Source: Spirochaetia bacterium (GTDB lineage Bacteria; Spirochaetota; Spirochaetia; DSM-2461). From it: DNA of 64,000 nucleotides. Positions 21,820-31,477 of this stretch are shown here, piece by piece (positions within the stretch are counted from its first letter, which is position 1; every line of letters begins with the position of its first letter). The notes beneath the pieces were generated by a model that had not been told where the DNA came from, did not search any database, and worked only from the letters and a program-made list of their open reading frames with translations. The DNA lies in NCBI GenBank assembly GCA_963666985.2, contig CAXXIA010000002.1, positions 1,728,001 to 1,792,000 of the forward strand. The letters are read 5' to 3'. The translations under genes were made by a program, and so were the position numbers.

Positions 21820-22326
21820 ATGACGCGAATCACTCTTTTAAGACACGCGAAGAGTTCATGGGATCATCCCGAACTGAGCGATATGCACAGACCTTTGAAC
21901 GGCAGAGGAGAACGCGCCGCGGCGCTGATGGGAACAATATGCGCCGAAAGGCTTCCCGTTCCCGATTTCGTGATTCTTTCACCGTCGGTCAGAACCAAAA
22001 GCACTGTACGGCTTTTTCTTGAAGCCTGGAGCGCGGTTGACAAGCGGGCCGGCTCGGCGGAAATCCTGGAAATGGACGAACTGTACCTTGCCGGGCGGTC
22101 CGATTGGATCCAAGCGATGAAAGAGATTTCCTCAAGAGGCAATCATGTCGTGGGGTGCGGTCACCAGCCCGGAATCGGAGATTTCGCGTCTTGGCTGGAT
22201 TCGAATTTTCACGGTGACGTTCCGACGGGGGCGGTTCTTTCTTTTCCCGTTTCGGAAGGATTTTTTTCGGAACAAAGAGGATCCTATTCGGCGGATTTCA
22301 TAGGAAGGCCGAAAGAATTCGGCTGA
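21820..22326 (+). CDS. SixA-like phosphohistidine phosphatase
   Basis: LLRHAKSSW..RPLNGRG, SPSVRT, GHQPG. Confidence 0.85.
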   Translation: MTRITLLRHAKSSWDHPELSDMHRPLNGRGERAAALMGTICAERLPVPDFVILSPSVRTKSTVRLFLEAWSAVDKRAGSAEILEMDELYLAGRSDWIQAMKEISSRGNHVVGCGHQPGIGDFASWLDSNFHGDVPTGAVLSFPVSEGFFSEQRGSYSADFIGRPKEFG

Positions 22327-22386
22327 TGTTCCAAGGACGATGAAGATTACGGTCAAAGCCGTTCGGCCGTGACGATTCGGGGCGAA

Positions 22387-23610
22387 TCAGAGTTTCGCCG
22401 TATTTCTTCGCTGCGGTTTAAAATCCCGCGGATCGATTCCGTATTTTCGGACTCTCCAGGAGACCTGGCGCGGCGTTAATCCCAAGGCGCGGGCCGTCCG
22501 GGTCATGTTGCCCCTCTGGCGGGTGAGTTCTTCCTTCAGTGCCCGGTATTCAATGGCGATGAGTTTTTCCGGGAACGGACGGTCCGTCGATGCGTTTCGG
22601 GAGCCCCGTATGGCCGCCGGTAAATCTTCGGGAACGAGTTCTTTTTCCGCGTATGAAAGACTTCGGATCATTGTTTCTTTGAGCTCTCGGGTATTGCCGG
22701 GCCAGGAATAGTGGTACAGCAGCTCCATTGCGGCCGGAGAGAGAACCGGCGACTTGCGGCCGCATGAGGCCGCACCTGTCTTCAAAAACTCATCGGCCAG
22801 AAGCGGAATGTCTTCTTTCCGTTCCCGTAAGGACGGTACCGTTAGAATTAATCCTTCACCGCCCGTTAAGTCCTTCCATTCCTTCCGGAGAACGTCTTCA
22901 CCGTTACCCGATTTGGCCGAGGCGATAATGCGTGCCGGAGTGTTAAGATAAAGGGATCGATATCGGGCCGAAGCGTTCTCCCAGGACGGAATAAAGCATG
23001 TTCCGCCCGCTGAGAAATCAATCGGATCGGGTTCGCGAAGGAAAGGCTTCGACGGATCGAATCCGTTCTTATGGATCAGTGCGGCCACATGAGAGCGGCC
23101 GCTTCCGGTTTCTCCGATAAGAAGCAGAGGCTTTACGGATTGACCGAGTTGAGAGAGGCGATTCAAGACGATACGGGCCGACCGGCTGACGGCCACCCAG
23201 GCATTATTTACATCGTTATTCGAATCGGCCTCCCGCGGCCGGTTCCCTTTTGAAATTGCCGCCGGAACGGTACCGGAAAGCCATTGTTCGGCAAAGAGAT
23301 CAAGCAGAGATCCGTATTCCTCTTCCGCGCTCTCGGAAGCATCAAGCAGCCAGGAAGACTTTCCGACGGGAAAAGGTCTGCTTTTTAATCGCGACGTCTC
23401 GAATTGCGCCGGCAGGGATGCTTTGTTTCTGAGAACACGTTCTTCCCATCCGTAATCGGAGACGCTGTCGAAATAGCGAATTCCGATGAACGTGATATCC
23501 ATGATCTTTGCGAGCCATTTGAGCAAATGCCTCGCGCCTTCGCGGGATTCCTTATATTGCGAAAGAATTCTCCATCCTTCGGCGGCGATTCTGTAACATT
23601 CGGAAGACAT
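22387..23610 (-). CDS. Degenerate sigma-54-activator-like regulator with Fis HTH
   Basis: GETGSGRS, PSLRERKEDIP, YSWPGNTREL, GNMTRTARALG; no GAFTGA. Confidence 0.75.
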   Translation of the reverse strand: MSSECYRIAAEGWRILSQYKESREGARHLLKWLAKIMDITFIGIRYFDSVSDYGWEERVLRNKASLPAQFETSRLKSRPFPVGKSSWLLDASESAEEEYGSLLDLFAEQWLSGTVPAAISKGNRPREADSNNDVNNAWVAVSRSARIVLNRLSQLGQSVKPLLLIGETGSGRSHVAALIHKNGFDPSKPFLREPDPIDFSAGGTCFIPSWENASARYRSLYLNTPARIIASAKSGNGEDVLRKEWKDLTGGEGLILTVPSLRERKEDIPLLADEFLKTGAASCGRKSPVLSPAAMELLYHYSWPGNTRELKETMIRSLSYAEKELVPEDLPAAIRGSRNASTDRPFPEKLIAIEYRALKEELTRQRGNMTRTARALGLTPRQVSWRVRKYGIDPRDFKPQRRNTAKL

Positions 23611-24031
23611 TGTAAAATCTCATGCAAAGAACGCTCCAAGTTCGTGTTCTTTGTCGTTTCATAGAGAAAAGGGAAAGAGTTATTTCTCTATTTGGAAAGA
23701 AGATATGGGTGAAAAAAAAGATTCGCACTTGAAATTTACGCATTCTTTGCGCCACCGCCGAACCTACAAAGACGTCATTTTTATATTTTAAGACACACCT
23801 CTTCGTAGCGGAAATACTCTTGAGGGGAAGGTCTCTTCATAAAGCGGGATTTTCTAAAAAGAAAGACCCTTCGGACGAAAGCGAGAGATTTATGCCGCCT
23901 GAGTACAAGCGGCTGCAAGGAAAATCGTGAATCGAAGTCCTTTTAAACCGCGCCGATTTTTAAAAGCGCCAGATGATGAAATCGCCGCGCCGCCCCTTGC
24001 AATTCTCTTTTCCTGCGGCGATGATTCTGCC

Positions 24032-25108
24032 GTGAATATCGGAGTTCTCTTATCCGGCGGCGTCGACAGTTCGGCCGCCCTGATGTCCGTAAAAGAACGG
24101 TATCCCGGCGCCGAGGTAACGGCATACTATCTGAAAATTTGGCTGGAAGACGAATTGGCCTCTCTCGGATCCTGTCCGTGGCAGGAAGATTTAACGTATG
24201 CCCGCGGCGTCTGCGGCATCGCCGGCGTACCGCTGAAGGTGATCAGTCTTCAGAAGGAATATTGGGACAGGGTTGTTTCCTATACGGTTTCCGAACTGAA
24301 AGCGGGCCGGACGCCGAGTCCGGACATCTTCTGCAATCGCCGGGTTAAATTCGGTGCCTTTCTGGACAGAGTCGGCGAGTCGCTGGATAAGGTGGCCTCG
24401 GGTCATTATGCCGTGGTTGATCAAGAGGCGGACGGACTGTTTCGAATCCGGCGTTCTCCCGATCCCGTGAAGGACCAGACCTACTTTCTTTCGCATTTGA
24501 CTCAAGATCAGGCCGCTCTGGCTTTGTTTCCCATCGGCGGCATGATGAAGGATGATGTCCGCGCCCTGGCCGAGAAGTGGGATTTGCCGAACAAAGCCCG
24601 GAAGGACAGCCAGGGCATCTGTTTTCTGGGGAAGATTAAATACACGGATTTTGTCCGGCACTATTTGGGCGAGAAAGAAGGTTCCATCATCGAGGCCGAA
24701 ACGGGCCGTGTTCTGGGAACGCATCAGGGGACATGGTTTTACACCATCGGCCAGCGAAGCGGTCTCGGCCTTTCGGGCGGTCCGTGGTATGTCGTTGAAA
24801 AAGATCTGGAGAAGAATGCCGTTGTCGTTGCCGGATCTCCGAAGGCCCTGGAAGCGGCGAGAACGGCGTTTTCGGCCGTTAATCCGAATTGGATCGCCGG
24901 ACGGCCCGAACTGCCCGCGAAACTGCGGCTGAAGCTTCGGCATGGTCCGAAGATTATCGGAGCGAATGTTGAAGCGGCCGATATCGGTCCGAACGGAGAA
25001 GAGCGTCTGGCGGTTACTTTGGATGAAGCGGACCGGGGCTTGGCGCCGGGACAGTTCGCCGTTTTTTACGAAGACGATGTTTGCCTGGGCGGGGCGATGA
25101 TCGAGTAG
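24032..25108 (+). CDS. mnmA: tRNA 2-thiouridine synthase
   Basis: SGGVDS, PSPDIFCN, KDQTYFL, DSQGICF, TIGQR, PGQFAVFY; GTG start at 24032. Confidence 0.96.
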   Translation: MNIGVLLSGGVDSSAALMSVKERYPGAEVTAYYLKIWLEDELASLGSCPWQEDLTYARGVCGIAGVPLKVISLQKEYWDRVVSYTVSELKAGRTPSPDIFCNRRVKFGAFLDRVGESLDKVASGHYAVVDQEADGLFRIRRSPDPVKDQTYFLSHLTQDQAALALFPIGGMMKDDVRALAEKWDLPNKARKDSQGICFLGKIKYTDFVRHYLGEKEGSIIEAETGRVLGTHQGTWFYTIGQRSGLGLSGGPWYVVEKDLEKNAVVVAGSPKALEAARTAFSAVNPNWIAGRPELPAKLRLKLRHGPKIIGANVEAADIGPNGEERLAVTLDEADRGLAPGQFAVFYEDDVCLGGAMIE

Positions 25109-25190
25109 GCCCTTTCATAAAGTATGAATGCGCCTGCGTCCGCGTGCCGTGCTTTATCGCTCGGCCGGTCGAACGCGGCTCTTTCCGCCC

Positions 25191-26420
25191 TTACAGCACT
25201 TCCGCGAGAATCTCCCGCATGGCCGCCGCATTCAGCGCCACCGGCGATTTTTTGTTATCCGACGCCGCGACGACGGCATCGAGATCATTCTCGGTCAGAC
25301 CGTAGTGTGAAAGCCTCGGAAGCGGAGCGGCCCATTCTTCGAACAAATCCAAAACGGCCTCCGCATCACCCTCACTGGACGCCGCCGTATAGCCGCCGCG
25401 GCCGCTCTGCCCGCCCTGCATTCCGCGCACGTCCCCGCGTAAAAGAATCGCTCCGGCCAAAGCCAGGCGTCCTTGAACAGCGTCGGCCGCCGAATGTTCC
25501 TGTGCCGACGCGGCCTGAATCCGGCGGAACACCGGCGCCAGCAAAAGACCGCAGGCCGCCCCGTGCGGAACATCGCAGATCGCCCCAAGAGGCCCGGCAA
25601 GACCGTGAACCGTCCCGAGCCCCGCGTTGGCCAAAGTCAAACCGGAATAATACGCGGCCAAGGCCAGCTCGCCGCGCAATGCCGTCTCCTCATCCGTTCC
25701 GAACAGATTCTCGCCGAAAAGACGCCGGCCTCCGGCAAAACGGATCAGGCCGTCCCGGGCCAGAGCATCGGTTACGGGCGTGGCTCCCGTGGAAATAAAG
25801 GACTCCAAAAGCTGGCAGAACGCGTCCAGAGCGCAGGCCCTCGAAACCTCCTCGGGACACCCGAGCGCCAGCTCGGGGTCAATAAGAGCGATTCGGGGAA
25901 TGAAATTGTCGTGCCTCAGGGACTTCTTGAAGCCCCCCTTTCCCCGCCGGCTGATCACGGCGTTCTTGGTCGCCTCGCTTCCGGTCCCGGCCGTTGTGGG
26001 AACCGCGATCATCGGCACCGCCGCGCCCGTCGGATTCTTCGTGCCCACCCCTTCCAGATAGTCGGCCACGCTTCCTTCGTGCCGCAGCATCGCGGCCGCC
26101 GCCTTCCCCGCGTCCAGAACGCTTCCCCCGCCGATCGCTATAACCGCTTCCGCGCCGCGCTTTCGGGCCGCCACTGCAAGCGCATCAACAATTTCCGGGG
26201 AAGGCTCGCCGGAAACCGTTTCCCGAAGATACGCGCGCCCCTCGGCTTTTAAAGCGGATTCCAGATGCGGCCAAACGGAAGAGACTGCGAAATGACGGCC
26301 GGTTACGAAGAGAATCGGCCCCGCACCGGGGATTATCCCGGTTAAGCCGCGGATCGCGCCTTCGCCGTAAACAAGAGACTGATTGCCAAGATGGGAAAAC
26401 GGCTTCACGAACGGTACCAT
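25191..26420 (-). CDS. Iron-containing alcohol dehydrogenase
   Basis: GGGSVLDAGK, PTTAGTGSEAT, GTVHGLA, HGAAC. Confidence 0.92.
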   Translation of the reverse strand: MVPFVKPFSHLGNQSLVYGEGAIRGLTGIIPGAGPILFVTGRHFAVSSVWPHLESALKAEGRAYLRETVSGEPSPEIVDALAVAARKRGAEAVIAIGGGSVLDAGKAAAAMLRHEGSVADYLEGVGTKNPTGAAVPMIAVPTTAGTGSEATKNAVISRRGKGGFKKSLRHDNFIPRIALIDPELALGCPEEVSRACALDAFCQLLESFISTGATPVTDALARDGLIRFAGGRRLFGENLFGTDEETALRGELALAAYYSGLTLANAGLGTVHGLAGPLGAICDVPHGAACGLLLAPVFRRIQAASAQEHSAADAVQGRLALAGAILLRGDVRGMQGGQSGRGGYTAASSEGDAEAVLDLFEEWAAPLPRLSHYGLTENDLDAVVAASDNKKSPVALNAAAMREILAEVL

Positions 26421-26722
26421 TCCTCTTCCGCCGAAGGAACAACAGGCGTGTATTTCGTTCCATGCCTTTCCCGGGCCATCCAAGGCTCCACGGCATTCCG
26501 CCACTCTTTGTAATGCTTCGTTTCCTTATGCGCCTTTACCGCTTCGTCCGAACGGTACACCTCGTAGAGCATAAAAAGCGTCGGATCGTCCGTGTTCCGG
26601 ATAACATCAAACCGGAGATTTCCGGATTCCTTTCGGGTTTCCTTATGATTCGCCTTGCAGGCTTTTATAAAATCTTTTTCAAAACCTTCTTTCACCTGTA
26701 CCGAAACACTGTAGACAATCAT
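26405..26722 (-). CDS. Antibiotic biosynthesis monooxygenase/LsrG-like protein
   Basis: ESGNLRFDV..FMLYEVY..AHKETKHY..W; SD GGAG before ATG 26722. Confidence 0.85.
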   Translation of the reverse strand: MIVYSVSVQVKEGFEKDFIKACKANHKETRKESGNLRFDVIRNTDDPTLFMLYEVYRSDEAVKAHKETKHYKEWRNAVEPWMARERHGTKYTPVVPSAEEEWYRS

Positions 26723-27018
26723 TCTCCTCTCCTTCGCGTAACGCCCGCGCAATCCCGAAAAGCCGCACGGTTTCCGTTCCTTTGTAGCATAACTCGGAGT
26801 CCGGTAAATGTGAAAATTTTGTTGATCCCCAAAGCCGCGCGGAAAACATCGTCCGCGAAGCGCAAGAACCGGTTTCACCGATACCGGCGGCCGCTCGGAC
26901 CGGCCGGATAAACGCGGCCCGGGAACCGGCCGAGGCCTCCCTTTAGACATCGGCCGGCGCGGAATATCCCGCCGTTTTTCGTGAATCAAGCCTATTCGGC
27001 CGGAACGAAAGACTCTTT

Positions 27019-28581
27019 TTATACGAGGGTGATTTTTCCCGAAAACGGATCGGAAGAGAGCCGGGAAGCATATTCCCGGAAAGCCTCGGGGAGCGCGCGG
27101 AGAATATCGCCGGCCGTCATGCCCACCTCTCCGATCTTCTCGGCGGCCAAATCTCCGGCCAGACCGTGGATATGCACTCCCAGCCGGACGGCCTCCTCGA
27201 AACCTTCTTCCTTATCCCCGCATTGCGCCGCGAGCGCGCCTATAAGGCCGGAGAGAATATCGCCGGAACCGGCCGTGCCCATCCCGGCGTTTCCCGTCAG
27301 GTTCATCCAGGCGCGGCCCATCGGAGAGGCTATAATGCTGTGGGCTCCTTTCAGAATCACCAAACAGCCGTAGCGTTCGGCGGCTTCGAGAGCCGTTTCC
27401 ACGCGCCTGGTTTCCACCTCTTTTATCGATGAGCCCAAAAGCCGCGCCATTTCCCCCGGATGGGGTGTGAGAACCGTGGGAAACGTTCTTTCCCGGCAGA
27501 GTTCCTCATGGCCCGCCAGCGCGGTTAGCCCGTCGCCGTCCACGATAAGAGGCGCCTCGGCGGCCGGAATAAAGTCCCTGGCCAGGCGGACGGATTCCGG
27601 ACGGGTTGAAAGGCCGGGCCCGAGAACCGCCGCGTCGGCCGACGCCGCCTGCTCCAGCAGGTCGGCAGCATGCTCCGCGCCGAGCCATCCGGCGCTTTCG
27701 ATGGGAAGGAACACCGCTTCGGGCACATGAGAAAAAATCTGCGGAGCGATGTCGGCCGGAACGGCCAGCCGGGCGTATCCGGCCCCGGACTTCAAGGCCG
27801 CGGACGCCGCGAACGTCGGCGCGCCGCGGTAATCGGACGAACCGCCGATAATCAGAACCTTTCCGAAGCTGCCCTTGTGTCCCGCCGGATCCCGCGGCGC
27901 CATGGGCGGCGGAATATTCACCGAAAGCGCTAAAGACTCGTCTCCGGCAACCTCGGGAGGAAAAGAAATCTCGGAGAAATAGAGCCGTCCGCCGCGCGTG
28001 AATCCCGGATAAAGAAGGTTTCCTCTCTTGGGAATTCCGAAGGTTACCGTGGCGTCGGCCCGGATGGAAATTCCAAGTTCCTCCCCCGTGTCGGCATCGA
28101 TGCCCGAGGGAATATCGAGAGAAAGAATCGGAACCGAAGAACGGTTCAGCGCATCAATCAGAGAAGCCGTGCGGCCTTCGGGCGCGCGGGAAAGGCCCGT
28201 GCCGAAAAGCGCGTCGACGATATAGTCGTAGCGGCTGAAATCCGAAGTCTCGTCCGAATACAGAATTTCCAGGGGAAGGCGGCGGATCGTTTGATAGTTC
28301 TCCGCGGCGGCGCCTTGAAGTTTTTCAGGATCGCCCGCCATCAGAACGGTAACGGCGGCACCTTTGGCGTAAAGCAGCCGGGCCAAAGCGAAACCGTCTC
28401 CGCCGTTGCTGCCCGAACCGCAAACGACAAGAACTCCGCGGCCTTCAATGCCCCAGCGGGCGGCCGCAACTCTTCGCGCCGCGAGAGCGGCGTTTTCCAT
28501 GAGAACGGACTGCGGAACACCGTAATCCGTAATGACCGCGGAGTCGAGTTTTCGAACGTCCTTGGCGGTCCCGATTCTCAC
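27019..28581 (-). CDS. nnr: Bifunctional NAD(P)HX epimerase/dehydratase
   Basis: LMENAA, GSNGGDG, DALFGTG, HKGSFG, TPHPGE, AGSGDIL. Confidence 0.93.
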   Translation of the reverse strand: MRIGTAKDVRKLDSAVITDYGVPQSVLMENAALAARRVAAARWGIEGRGVLVVCGSGSNGGDGFALARLLYAKGAAVTVLMAGDPEKLQGAAAENYQTIRRLPLEILYSDETSDFSRYDYIVDALFGTGLSRAPEGRTASLIDALNRSSVPILSLDIPSGIDADTGEELGISIRADATVTFGIPKRGNLLYPGFTRGGRLYFSEISFPPEVAGDESLALSVNIPPPMAPRDPAGHKGSFGKVLIIGGSSDYRGAPTFAASAALKSGAGYARLAVPADIAPQIFSHVPEAVFLPIESAGWLGAEHAADLLEQAASADAAVLGPGLSTRPESVRLARDFIPAAEAPLIVDGDGLTALAGHEELCRERTFPTVLTPHPGEMARLLGSSIKEVETRRVETALEAAERYGCLVILKGAHSIIASPMGRAWMNLTGNAGMGTAGSGDILSGLIGALAAQCGDKEEGFEEAVRLGVHIHGLAGDLAAEKIGEVGMTAGDILRALPEAFREYASRLSSDPFSGKITLV

Positions 28582-28587
28582 GGCGGT

Positions 28588-28974
28588 TTAATCTTTTTCC
28601 GGTTCGGTTCCCGCAAATCGGAAGATTTCGGACTGTACCCAAATGAAGTTTCCGTTTTCGGTGGGAACCAAAAACTGAGAGGTTTCAACGTTTTTTTCGT
28701 CGTCGGCGATCAGCGTAGCGTGCTTAATGGAAAGGACGGGATACGCTTTGCCTTTTTTGAAATTCTTCGCAATGGCCGTATAGGCTTGTGCGATATAAGG
28801 GAAGTAATCCTGGCGATCTTTTTCATAATCGTCGCGGACCTTCACGAAAAAAATTCCATTGCTCATATCATCCATCCTCGTGCAATTCACCTCTGAAGTT
28901 ATCATACCTAGGGGATCATTTGCATCCATTTTACAAAAAACTCCTTCGACTTCTTCAAGATTCCACATTTTCAC
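28588..28974 (-). CDS. Hypothetical protein
   Basis: 128-aa ORF tightly packed between rlmE and nnr. Confidence 0.65.
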   Translation of the reverse strand: MKMWNLEEVEGVFCKMDANDPLGMITSEVNCTRMDDMSNGIFFVKVRDDYEKDRQDYFPYIAQAYTAIAKNFKKGKAYPVLSIKHATLIADDEKNVETSQFLVPTENGNFIWVQSEIFRFAGTEPEKD

Positions 28975-29581
28975 CGATGAAGTCGAGACCTACCATATAA
29001 ATTTCCATGGATTCGTTTCGAACGGCTTTGGGTTTGAAGGTTTTTTCCTCGTGGAACAACGTTTTAATTCTGTCCCTGATTTCACCTTCGTCGCCGCCCT
29101 GGAAAACCTTGACGATAAGGTTTCCGCCCGGATCCAGCCATTGTTCGGCCAAATCGAGAACCCGCATTACCAAATCGTAGGACTTTCTTGAGTCAACCAG
29201 ACGGTTCCCGGACGTGGACGGGGCCGCGTCGCTGATAACGCATCCGTAGGGCCCGCCTTCGGCCAGAAAGTCCGCGGTACTTTCGGAAAAAACATCTCCC
29301 TGAAGAAAACGGAGTTCCGTTCCTCCGGGAGCCTTAATCGAAAGCGGCTTCAAATCCACGGCGCTTACCCGGGTTCCTTTTCCCAGAGTTCTTAGGGCGT
29401 AAAGCGTCCAGCTGCCCGGCGCCGCCCCGACATCCAGAACCGACGAACCCCTCATCATGGGCGACCAGCGCTTTTGTATTTCTTCGAGCTTGAACACAGA
29501 TCGGGCGGGATAGCCCATTTTTTTTGCTTTCAGGGTCCAATGGTCGGGGCGTGATCTGGAGTTCATTTCATGAATATACAC
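28955..29581 (-). CDS. rlmE: 23S rRNA methyltransferase RlmE/FtsJ
   Basis: ARSVFKL, LDVGAAPGSW, SDAAP, VKVFQG, KP..R.ES.EIY. Confidence 0.92.
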   Translation of the reverse strand: MYIHEMNSRSRPDHWTLKAKKMGYPARSVFKLEEIQKRWSPMMRGSSVLDVGAAPGSWTLYALRTLGKGTRVSAVDLKPLSIKAPGGTELRFLQGDVFSESTADFLAEGGPYGCVISDAAPSTSGNRLVDSRKSYDLVMRVLDLAEQWLDPGGNLIVKVFQGGDEGEIRDRIKTLFHEEKTFKPKAVRNESMEIYMVGLDFIGENVES

Positions 29582-29605
29582 TACCGATAGCGTTTATGAT
29601 AGAAT

Positions 29606-31351
29606 ATGGCTATGGAGACCCTTCCCCGCAACGTCTGGAAGCGTTTGTCGCGCCTTTTTCCCGCGGACGAAGCGGAAGCCGCTCTTGCCGCCGAATGGTT
29701 CCGGGAATATGAATCCGAAGGCGCGCTGGAACGTCCCGTCGCCGAAGTCATCAATGCGCCGCGTGCCGTTATGGCGGATTTTTTCCGGCGCGTTTCCCTC
29801 ATGCACTCGGCCGAGAGCCCTATTCTTCGCCGGCGCGATACGCGGTGGATGAGCGAATACGATTACACACTCGTGAACATCAGAGCCGCCGGTCTTGCCG
29901 GCAAACCGGGGAATTTTCTCACGGCCGCTCTGTTTCTGGCCTCTCTGCGAACCCGGGGCATCATCCTCGCGCCCGTTACCAAAGGGCCTTCGGAAGATAT
30001 TCGCGTTCTTGAAAGTCACGCCCATTTCAGGGAAGAACTCGCCGATCCTGTCGCTTCGGCCGCCGGTTTTGGAGCGGATCTGCAGATGGCGGCCTTTTGT
30101 GAGGCGGCCCATCTGCTCGGTTTGGCTCTGGGCTGCGATTTGGACTACCGGGTGGATGCCTACGCGGCCGTGGTTGTGAACCGTCCCGAATTGTTTCTCT
30201 GGATGAAGGACGGACGCTCCCCGAACACCGAAAAAGAGCAGGACGAACTGCGCGAAGAGGTTCGGGCTCGAATCGCATCGGTTCGCAAAGCCGCTCCGGC
30301 GGCGGACCGGGATCTCTATTCCTCGGCCCTGGCGGTGGCCGGTTTGGCGCCGCTGCAGGCCCGGGACGGCAGCGGACGGACGCCTTTGGCTCTCAGACTT
30401 GTTTCCGGGAACGCACTCGGAGATCATCGCGATGCGGCGGTTGCCTATTGGGGGCGCGTTTTCGATTTATGGCGCGACCGCTACGGTTTTGATTTTCTGG
30501 TTCTCCGGGGAACCGGGGAAGCCGGTGAGGAAAACGGCGCCGCCCCTGAGGCCTCCGAAACACCGGACCGATCCCTGGTCCGCAAGGCGGCCGATGCCGC
30601 ACGGAAGGCGGGCGTTCGCCGGAATATCGGGGTTGCCGCTGAAGGCGACGGATTCGACGTGGAGAGTTTCGGGGTTCAGGGCGTGGACCTTGTTATCGAG
30701 AAAGACGACGAACTTAAAGCCGACGCCGAATGGTTCACGCGCGCCTTCGCCCTCGATGAAAAACTCCGCCGGGTGAATCTCGGCCGCAAACTTCGGTTCT
30801 CCGTGCCGATTACCGTAGATCCCGGCTCCAAAGACAGCCGTCCGCGCCGGGAGCGGGCCCTTATGAAAAGATTCGCCGCCCGGTTTCTCGGCGCCGGCCC
30901 CTCACGCAGACCCCTTTTGGAAACAATGGGCGCTCTGGAAGGCGCCTGGGGCTACAATACCGCGCTGGAAAAAGCGGCTTCCATGGGATGGATGCCGGAT
31001 AAGGAAGACGCCGCCGTCGCCCGCAGTATCGAACGGATCGCCATGCGTTATTCGGATATGATTTTGAACGGTGAGAGGCTGGATAAGCATCTGAACGATC
31101 GGTGCGCCTGGTGGGCCGTCCGGTCGAAAAAAGGATTACTTATCGCCGTTATGTCGGTGGAAAACGAAGATCTGCTCCCGCCCGATCCTTTAAGAATCGA
31201 CTACGGTTCGTATCTGAAGGATTCCGACGTTCTCTCCGTGCTCGAATACGACTTTCGGGGAGATCGGGGACTGCTTCGGCTCAGCTCCGACACCATAATC
31301 GATACGGGAGCCGTTCCGTACCGAGGATTCAGGCTCTACGCGGTTACCTGA
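29606..31351 (+). CDS. Hypothetical protein, possibly a degenerate glycoside-hydrolase-like fold
   Basis: 581-aa ORF; AFCEAAHLLGL and YGFDFL segments loosely resemble amylase-family barrels. Confidence 0.45.
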   Translation: MAMETLPRNVWKRLSRLFPADEAEAALAAEWFREYESEGALERPVAEVINAPRAVMADFFRRVSLMHSAESPILRRRDTRWMSEYDYTLVNIRAAGLAGKPGNFLTAALFLASLRTRGIILAPVTKGPSEDIRVLESHAHFREELADPVASAAGFGADLQMAAFCEAAHLLGLALGCDLDYRVDAYAAVVVNRPELFLWMKDGRSPNTEKEQDELREEVRARIASVRKAAPAADRDLYSSALAVAGLAPLQARDGSGRTPLALRLVSGNALGDHRDAAVAYWGRVFDLWRDRYGFDFLVLRGTGEAGEENGAAPEASETPDRSLVRKAADAARKAGVRRNIGVAAEGDGFDVESFGVQGVDLVIEKDDELKADAEWFTRAFALDEKLRRVNLGRKLRFSVPITVDPGSKDSRPRRERALMKRFAARFLGAGPSRRPLLETMGALEGAWGYNTALEKAASMGWMPDKEDAAVARSIERIAMRYSDMILNGERLDKHLNDRCAWWAVRSKKGLLIAVMSVENEDLLPPDPLRIDYGSYLKDSDVLSVLEYDFRGDRGLLRLSSDTIIDTGAVPYRGFRLYAVT

Positions 31352-31477
31352 AAATTTTTCGAAAGCCTATTTCATCAATATTGACGTTCAAGAGCCTCAA
31401 CTAAAAAACACCGATTTTTATAATCGCTTCTGGCATTTAAGAAATCCAAAATCTAAACTGTTATAAAAGCAAAAAAG

